From Minisyncoccota bacterium (lineage in GTDB: Bacteria > Patescibacteriota > Minisyncoccia > Phycocordibacterales > CAIZLB01): a stretch of DNA of 64,000 bases. How positions within the stretch are numbered: position 1 is the first letter of the stretch; each line of letters starts with the position of its first letter. The position numbers and the translations under genes are program-made. Under the pieces are notes generated by a model, which saw only the letters and a program-made list of their open reading frames with translations, made no database searches and was not told the DNA's origin. Shown piece by piece: positions 58,469-64,000 of this stretch. The DNA lies in assembly GCA_021734945.1 (NCBI GenBank), contig JAIPIA010000001.1:244415-308414 (forward strand), in the 5' to 3' direction.

Positions 58469-58642
58469 ATGTTGAATAGTAACATAAAAATTTTAGATGA
58501 GATTTAATTGACACTACCCAACAAATAGGCTAATTTGTCGGAGTTCTTTCACATGTGTTAATTTGCCATATATTTCGTTGCACAACAAGCAATACAATAG
58601 GTACATAAACACTCAAACTTTCACCCCGAACCCATTTTCACT

Positions 58643-59059
58643 ATGCTAGAAGTTGAATATGCTCACGTACGTAGATGTCTTACTACGGGATGTTGGGTTG
58701 TTTCCGATTCAGAACACGAAGAAGTATTCCACGAATTCGCTACAGGCATTATGACTGGAGTTGATTTCGATGGAAATACAATTCCAATCAGAGATTTAGG
58801 AGAAGACACTTCCGGTGAAGCAATTGGCGATCTGTCTGCGTATACTGTTAAGGAATTTGAAGCAGACCCTAAAAAGTCCGCATTCTCTTTTCCTGAAGAT
58901 GTTATGTACAAGGCATTTGTAAGGTACTCAAGTGGTCGTGGCTGTTTTATGGCCAAAGAGAATATCACGAGCATTGCCTACCAGGTGACATCATGTGATT
59001 ACTTGCTGCTTATGCCAGATGGAACAGCATATTGTGGCTGGCGTCAAAAACCAAGCTAA
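58643..59059 (+). CDS. Hypothetical protein (138 aa) with several Cys residues.
   Basis: ORF followed by a clear terminator. Confidence 0.45.
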   Translation: MLEVEYAHVRRCLTTGCWVVSDSEHEEVFHEFATGIMTGVDFDGNTIPIRDLGEDTSGEAIGDLSAYTVKEFEADPKKSAFSFPEDVMYKAFVRYSSGRGCFMAKENITSIAYQVTSCDYLLLMPDGTAYCGWRQKPS

Positions 59060-59077
59060 AAAAGCTAACGCTGAATG

Positions 59078-59135
59078 GAAGAAAGTTTCTTCTCCGCACT
59101 CTCAAGTTCAAATCTTGTTGTGCGGTTTTTTTTGT
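59078..59135 (+). terminator. Rho-independent terminator.
   Basis: GAAGAAAgTTTCTTC and CCGCAC...GTGCGG hairpins followed by TTTTTTTT. Confidence 0.6.
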
Positions 59136-59167
59136 TTTAAATTTATTACGATAAAAAATTACTAAAA

Positions 59168-60766
59168 CTAAATACTGAAATTCTTTATAGAATACAAATC
59201 TTCATCTTCTTTTGCGTCAGAAGGAGTCGAATCATCTACTGGAGATAAATTATTAGCAGGAGTACTAAATGAGCCAGTTACCCCATTATCTTCATCAGTT
59301 CCATTCACAATTTCATGTTCCATCTGCATAGCCGCACTATGTGAATTCGCAGACGGCTCAAGGTGCGCAACCATACCATTTTCACCAAAACTGTTTATAC
59401 CAAATTCGCTAGGTTCGATTTCAGTATGAACTAATTTTATAATATCCGTATCACCAGCATTTTGACTTGCCATCTCACCCATATTATTTAGAGAACTTGC
59501 AATAGAACTCAACGCACTAAAATTCTGACTTACTTTTTCATTTGTATCAATGTCAACAATGTTTCCATTTAGTACATCTCTCGCCTCAGAGTGAGTCGTT
59601 GTAGTGGTTGTTGTAGATGTCTGTGTATTTCCTGGAACATATTCAGGCATACTATTAAAAAGAGGTTTAAGCACTTCAGGAATACCTTGAGAATTTACGA
59701 CAGCAGAACCTGAACCATCACGTCGCTCCAACATATCAAGCAAGTGACGTAGGTCCTGATTACTAAAGAAATCAATAACCACCTTACCTCCCTGCTCTCG
59801 CTTTTCAATCATCACACGAGTACCTAGAGCTTGATTAAGTTTTGTTTCAAATTCACGAATCTCAGGATCAGGAGTATTTGCGTCCTTCTTTCGAGTCCTC
59901 TCTACAGCTACACGACGAGCTATACTTTCTGCTTCACGCACTGTTATTTTTTTGAATACAATTTCTTTAAAAAGAGTTTCTTGTTCCTCGGGTCGGTCAA
60001 CAAGCATAAGAAGAGGTCGTGTATGACCCTCACTGATACGCTTTTCAGAAAGTGCAGTAAGCATATGTTCAGGAAGAGACAAAAGTCGAATACTGTTAGT
60101 AACATATTCACGACTCTTACCCATTTTTTCCGCGATCTGTACGTGTTTAAGACCAAACTCATCAGCTAAACGTTGGAATGAACGTGCTCGATCCACAGCA
60201 TTGAGATCTTCTCGCTGAAGGTTTTCAATGATAGCAAGCTCAAGTTTTACACGAGCATCTTCTTCACCAGCACGGATAATAACAGGAACCTGTATAAGTC
60301 CTGCAAGCTTTGATGCACGTAGTCTTCGTTCTCCAGAAATAAGTTCATACTGAACAACAAGACCACCATCTTCCTTGATAATTTCTCGTCGAGTAACGAC
60401 AAGTGGCTGGAGCAATCCATACATACGAATAGATTCTGACAGATCCTTGAGTGCATGAGGATCAAATTCTCTTCGAGGTTGATATGGATTTGGAACAATT
60501 TTTTCTACCTCGATCCAAAAAATTGAGTTGTTAAAATACTGTGAGCCTGTTTTTGGTAACGGAACACTAGAACCAGCTTGATTTGATACCGTTGCGGTGA
60601 CTGCTTCTGGAGAAGATGAAGATAAAGATAAAGATGGCTCAATTGGTGTAGTCGACATAGCTGCTGTATTGAAAGCTATTGCTGCGCTTGTCATATCACT
60701 CTGTATGTTAGTTGATGTATGTGGTGTCGTCGGGTGTGTAGAATTGTTCGGTGTAATTGGTTCCAT
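59168..60766 (-). CDS. parB: Chromosome partitioning protein ParB/Spo0J with long N- and C-terminal low-complexity extensions.
   Basis: ParB box region (LQPLVVTR...YELISGERRLRASKLAGL...IIENLQREDLN) and an HTH. Confidence 0.85.
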   Translation of the reverse strand: MEPITPNNSTHPTTPHTSTNIQSDMTSAAIAFNTAAMSTTPIEPSLSLSSSSPEAVTATVSNQAGSSVPLPKTGSQYFNNSIFWIEVEKIVPNPYQPRREFDPHALKDLSESIRMYGLLQPLVVTRREIIKEDGGLVVQYELISGERRLRASKLAGLIQVPVIIRAGEEDARVKLELAIIENLQREDLNAVDRARSFQRLADEFGLKHVQIAEKMGKSREYVTNSIRLLSLPEHMLTALSEKRISEGHTRPLLMLVDRPEEQETLFKEIVFKKITVREAESIARRVAVERTRKKDANTPDPEIREFETKLNQALGTRVMIEKREQGGKVVIDFFSNQDLRHLLDMLERRDGSGSAVVNSQGIPEVLKPLFNSMPEYVPGNTQTSTTTTTTTHSEARDVLNGNIVDIDTNEKVSQNFSALSSIASSLNNMGEMASQNAGDTDIIKLVHTEIEPSEFGINSFGENGMVAHLEPSANSHSAAMQMEHEIVNGTDEDNGVTGSFSTPANNLSPVDDSTPSDAKEDEDLYSIKNFSI

Positions 60767-60939
60767 AATGTGCTGATTTTACCACATTAAACTATTTCAA
60801 GGGTGTTGATAATTCAATTTTAAGACACAAAATGATATTAGAAAATAGTATTTAATAAGTGCAAAATTTTTCCAGTACAAAACCGGCAGGAGGGGTTAAT
60901 TCCTCGTGCCGGTTGTTTGTTGAAGTACTGACTTGTGAA

Positions 60940-61098
60940 TCTAGGACTTCAACTTGAGAGTTATCGCCAATGCAAGCATCAGCAAGATCAGCATTGCGTA
61001 CAAAGCTTTGGGATGTTCGATCGCCCAAGTTTCAGCAACAAGTAGCGCCTTACGGATTCTGTATTCTGCACTATCTTTTCTCCTTCTGTTCATGTTCA
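60940..61098 (-). CDS. Candidate small membrane protein (52 aa; MNMNRRRKDSAEYRIRKALLVAETWAIEHPKALYAMLILLMLALAITLKLKS). Speculative.
   Basis: Manual minus-strand translation: basic N-terminus plus one C-terminal TM helix. A near-perfect 12-bp hairpin (60882..60913) lies just downstream. Confidence 0.2.
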
Positions 61099-61348
61099 TG
61101 ATTTGGTCCTCTGTTTGTTACTGGATTCAGTTTGGCTGTTGGTTTTACTTTGGTTGAAAAGGTTCAAATTTATCGTGAAAATTTTATCCATACTACCCCT
61201 TATTTGGGGCAGATAAATTAATCTTCATATTTAATATCATAACACATTTATGTCTATTTTGCAAGTTTATAATTTTGAGCTAATATAGACGCACAAAACG
61301 TTTTTTTAGGATATTTTACCTAGTAAATAGTACAGTTTTGTACAAAAT

Positions 61349-61431
61349 GCCGGAGTGACGAAATGGTAAACGTACTCGACTCAAAATCGAGCGCTCGCAA
61401 GGGCTTGTGGGTTCAAGTCCCACCTCCGGCA
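61349..61431 (+). tRNA. tRNA-Leu (anticodon CAA), class II with a long variable arm.
   Basis: GCCGGAG acceptor stem, anticodon stem-loop CUCGA-CUCAAAA-UCGAG, variable arm CGCUCGCAAGGGCUU, T-arm GUGGG-UUCAAGU-CCCAC, CUCCGGC, and discriminator A. Confidence 0.85.
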
Positions 61432-61433
61432 CA

Positions 61434-62069
61434 ATGCAAATTGGAAAATTAATTATTGCGCGTCATCATGAGTCTGATTGGAATGAAATGGGTCTCTGGA
61501 CAGGAAAAAGAGATCGGCATCTTACTGAATATGGATTTGCAAAGTCTCTCGAAATGGGATTGCTCCTAAAAGATATTCCAATTGATCGCGCTTTTGCATC
61601 TATGCAAGTTCGTTCCATTGAAACACTTTCATGTATGCTTGATGCATTAGAATTATATTCAGTTCCTACTGATCACACTTCATCACTCAGTGAGCGGGAT
61701 TATGGAGATTATACAGGTAAGGATAAATGGGAGATGAAGAAACAGCTTGGAGAAGATGGCTGGAATACTGTTAGACGAGACTGGGATTGTCCAGTACCAA
61801 ATGGAGAAACTCTCAAGATGGTTTACGCCAGAGCTGTTCCCTATTTCTTGGAAAATATTTTGCCTGAACTCAAAAAAGGAAAGAATGTACTGCTTGTATC
61901 TCACGGTAATGTTATTCGAGCCCTTCAAAAATATATTGAGAATATTTCAGCTAGTAATATTAAAAATGTAGAAATGCTTTTTGGTGGAATACTTATTTAC
62001 ACCCTCGATCAAGAGGGTCACATGGTTGAAAAAGAAACACGACATGTAAACTCGCGTGTTAATGCATAA
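61434..62069 (+). CDS. Histidine-phosphatase-superfamily phosphoglycerate mutase (GpmA-like). Start placed at MQIGK, immediately after the tRNA.
   Basis: LIIARHHESDWNEMGLWTGKRD (RHGE motif), a second His in LVSHGNVIRAL. The track ORF start at 61407 would overlap the tRNA. Confidence 0.7.
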   Translation: MQIGKLIIARHHESDWNEMGLWTGKRDRHLTEYGFAKSLEMGLLLKDIPIDRAFASMQVRSIETLSCMLDALELYSVPTDHTSSLSERDYGDYTGKDKWEMKKQLGEDGWNTVRRDWDCPVPNGETLKMVYARAVPYFLENILPELKKGKNVLLVSHGNVIRALQKYIENISASNIKNVEMLFGGILIYTLDQEGHMVEKETRHVNSRVNA

Positions 62070-62071
62070 AT

Positions 62072-63073
62072 ATGACTCAAAGTACCAGTAAATCCCTCCC
62101 TAAACTCATAGTAGTCCTCGGCCCTACAGCTGTTGGCAAAAGTGACATGGCTGTGGAGATTGCATTAGCTATTGCTGAGGTAAGTAAAAATAAAAAAGTA
62201 GACGGCCTAGCGTCACAATCATCTAAGATAGCGAAATCTCAAATTGTTAAAGCAGAAATTATTTCAGCTGACTCAAGGCAAATTTATACAGGTTTAAATA
62301 TTGGTGCAGGAAAAATTACAAAAAAAGAAATGAGGGGTATTCCCCATCATTGTCTTGATATTGTTTCTCCAAAGCGAAGTAAACAATTTTCAGTAGCAGA
62401 ATTTCAACAACATGCAAATAAAGCAATCGCTGAGATTATTGAACGTGGAAATATTCCGATTTTATGTGGAGGAACTGGATTTTACATTAATGCAATAGTA
62501 GATGGAATAGTACTACCGGAAGTAAAGACCAACCTTGCACTTCGTAAAAGACTTGAAACATATGCAACTAAAAAACTTATCAATATACTTTCAAAATTGG
62601 ATCAACATCGTCTAAACGAAATTGATAAAAACAATAGAGTGCGTCTCATCCGATCTATTGAGATAGCAGATGAACTTGGGAGTGTTCCTAAACTAATAAA
62701 ACAAAAAAAGTTTGATACTTTGCTTATAGGGCTCGATATTGAAAAAGAAAAACTTATGGACAAAGTTCATACACGTGCTATTAAACGCCTAAAACAAGGT
62801 ATGGTTGCTGAAGCCAAAAATCTTCACGCGAGTGGGGTTTCTTGGAAAAGAATGAAGCAACTAGGTCTTGAATACGGACTTCTTGCAGATTTTTTACAAA
62901 GTAAAATTACTCGAGCAGAGTTTGTAGAAAGGCTTCTCATAGAAACGTGGCAATACGCCAAACGCCAACGAACTTGGTTTTATAAAAAAGAAGGAGTACA
63001 GTGGTTTGATCCTACGTCCCCTGCTGATATTAAGAAAATTTTGAAGTTATCTTTAGATTTTGTGCAAAACTAA
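62072..63073 (+). CDS. miaA: tRNA dimethylallyltransferase.
   Basis: LIVVLGPTAVGKS (P-loop), IISADSRQIYTGLNIGAGKIT and PHHCLD. Confidence 0.85.
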   Translation: MTQSTSKSLPKLIVVLGPTAVGKSDMAVEIALAIAEVSKNKKVDGLASQSSKIAKSQIVKAEIISADSRQIYTGLNIGAGKITKKEMRGIPHHCLDIVSPKRSKQFSVAEFQQHANKAIAEIIERGNIPILCGGTGFYINAIVDGIVLPEVKTNLALRKRLETYATKKLINILSKLDQHRLNEIDKNNRVRLIRSIEIADELGSVPKLIKQKKFDTLLIGLDIEKEKLMDKVHTRAIKRLKQGMVAEAKNLHASGVSWKRMKQLGLEYGLLADFLQSKITRAEFVERLLIETWQYAKRQRTWFYKKEGVQWFDPTSPADIKKILKLSLDFVQN

Positions 63074-63139
63074 ATTGAGTTTTATTATTATATTTATTGC
63101 TGGCTGGTATGAAATCGCATTGTGTATGTTTGTGTTATT

Positions 63140-64000
63140 ATAAAAACATATGGAAAAAACAAACGAAAACATTACAAATATTGAAAACCTCAAAGATACA
63201 CAAAATATTTTCGATTCCCTCAAATCAAATTTTAAAGGAGATATTGATACCACAGATGCGTCACTGAAAACATACTCAAACGATGCCAGTCTCTTTGAAA
63301 TTCGCCCGCGTGTGATTGTTTTCCCAAAAGACTCTACTGACATCAAAGCTCTCGTAAAATGGGTTAATGAAAATAAAGAAAAAGACCCTACCCTATCTAT
63401 TACTGCTCGCTCTGCGGGTACAGATATGTCAGGTGCTGCTATTGGTAGTTCTATTATCGTAGATTTTACTCGATATATGAATGTGATTGTACAAGTTGAA
63501 TCAGAGTTCGCTATTGTTCAGCCGGGTTGTTACTATCGAGATTTTGATGCTGCTACACAAAAGATTAATCGCTTCATGCCTGCATACACAGCTTCACGAG
63601 AGATTAACGCCGTAGGTGGAATGGTTGGAAACAACAGTGGTGGAGAAAAAGCTATCAAGTACGGCAAGACTGAGAATTTTATAAACTCACTCAAAGTGAT
63701 TCTTTCTGATGGCGAAGAATATGAAATCAAGTCGCTTACAAAAGCTGAACTTGAACAAAAGATTGCCGGAGGTGCTGGATTTGAAACAGAATTATATAAA
63801 AAACTGTACGCTCTCATTACAGAAAATTATGATGAGATAATGAAAGCAAAGCCAGCTGTATCAAAAAATTCTGCGGGCTACTATTTGTGGAATGTATACA
63901 ATAGAGAAGCTGGTACATTTGATCTATGCCAACTTATCGTCGGCTCACAAGGCACGCTTGGTATTGTAAGTGAAATTAATTTTAGAATTGTTCCTACACA
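63140..64000 (+). CDS. FAD-binding (PCMH-type) oxidoreductase, GlcD/D-lactate-dehydrogenase-like; partial, runs off the window end.
   Basis: Manual translation from the ATG at 63140 is open to the window end. It includes VIVFPKDSTDIKALVKW, RSAGTDMSGAAIG and GSQGTLGIV, consistent with the FAD-binding-4 domain. Confidence 0.6.

Noticed and set aside
60954-61157. 67-aa plus-strand ORF in the parB upstream region
   Set aside because: No coding signature; it overlaps the more plausible (still speculative) minus-strand small ORF and the promoter region.
61407-61433. Track start of the phosphoglycerate-mutase ORF
   Set aside because: It would overlap the tRNA-Leu 3' half. The downstream ATG at 61434 (MQIGKLIIARHHE...) gives a normal histidine-phosphatase N-terminus.
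1-64000. CRISPR arrays, cas genes, reverse transcriptases and DGR template/variable repeats
   Set aside because: I saw no short regularly spaced direct repeats and no RT motifs (YxDD) in any ORF. The only notable repeats are the tRNA-Ala 3'-end copies and the histidine-kinase identity block.

Overview
This 64 kb window is an AT-rich bacterial chromosomal segment, with most genes on the minus strand. I can recognise housekeeping genes: leuS, ychF, zwf-like, nrdB/nrdA, ddl, uvrC, def, a Nudix hydrolase, uvrA, two adenylate-kinase-like genes, uvrB, tgt, a D,D-carboxypeptidase, ftsQ-like, serS, dprA, topA, parB, gpmA-like and miaA. Two tRNAs are present: tRNA-Ala(UGC) on the minus strand and tRNA-Leu(CAA) on the plus strand. 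Several proteins carry Lys-rich N-terminal extensions or internal low-complexity insertions, and there are many small hypothetical membrane or secreted proteins. That pattern, with the compact gene set, is reminiscent of reduced-genome lineages such as Patescibacteria/CPR, but this is inference only. The accessory content worth a second look is: (1) an extremely AT-rich Type III restriction-modification pair (mod-res) that sits immediately downstream of the 3' end of tRNA-Ala, where the tRNA 3'-terminal 20 nt is duplicated in a decayed tandem repeat, next to a GC-rich Cys-rich (2x CxxCxGxG) protein, an orphan receiver-domain protein and a small terminator-bounded plus-strand transcript; (2) a 547-aa intein with LAGLIDADG motifs inserted in the uvrB P-loop; (3) tandem paralogous sensor histidine kinases sharing a 61-nt identical DNA block, with no adjacent response regulator; (4) two GC-rich ORF-free patches that look like structured ncRNAs (about 1.79-2.33 kb and about 33.0-33.2 kb); (5) a mosaic of GC-rich genes in the AT-rich background. 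I found no CRISPR array, reverse transcriptase or integrase.
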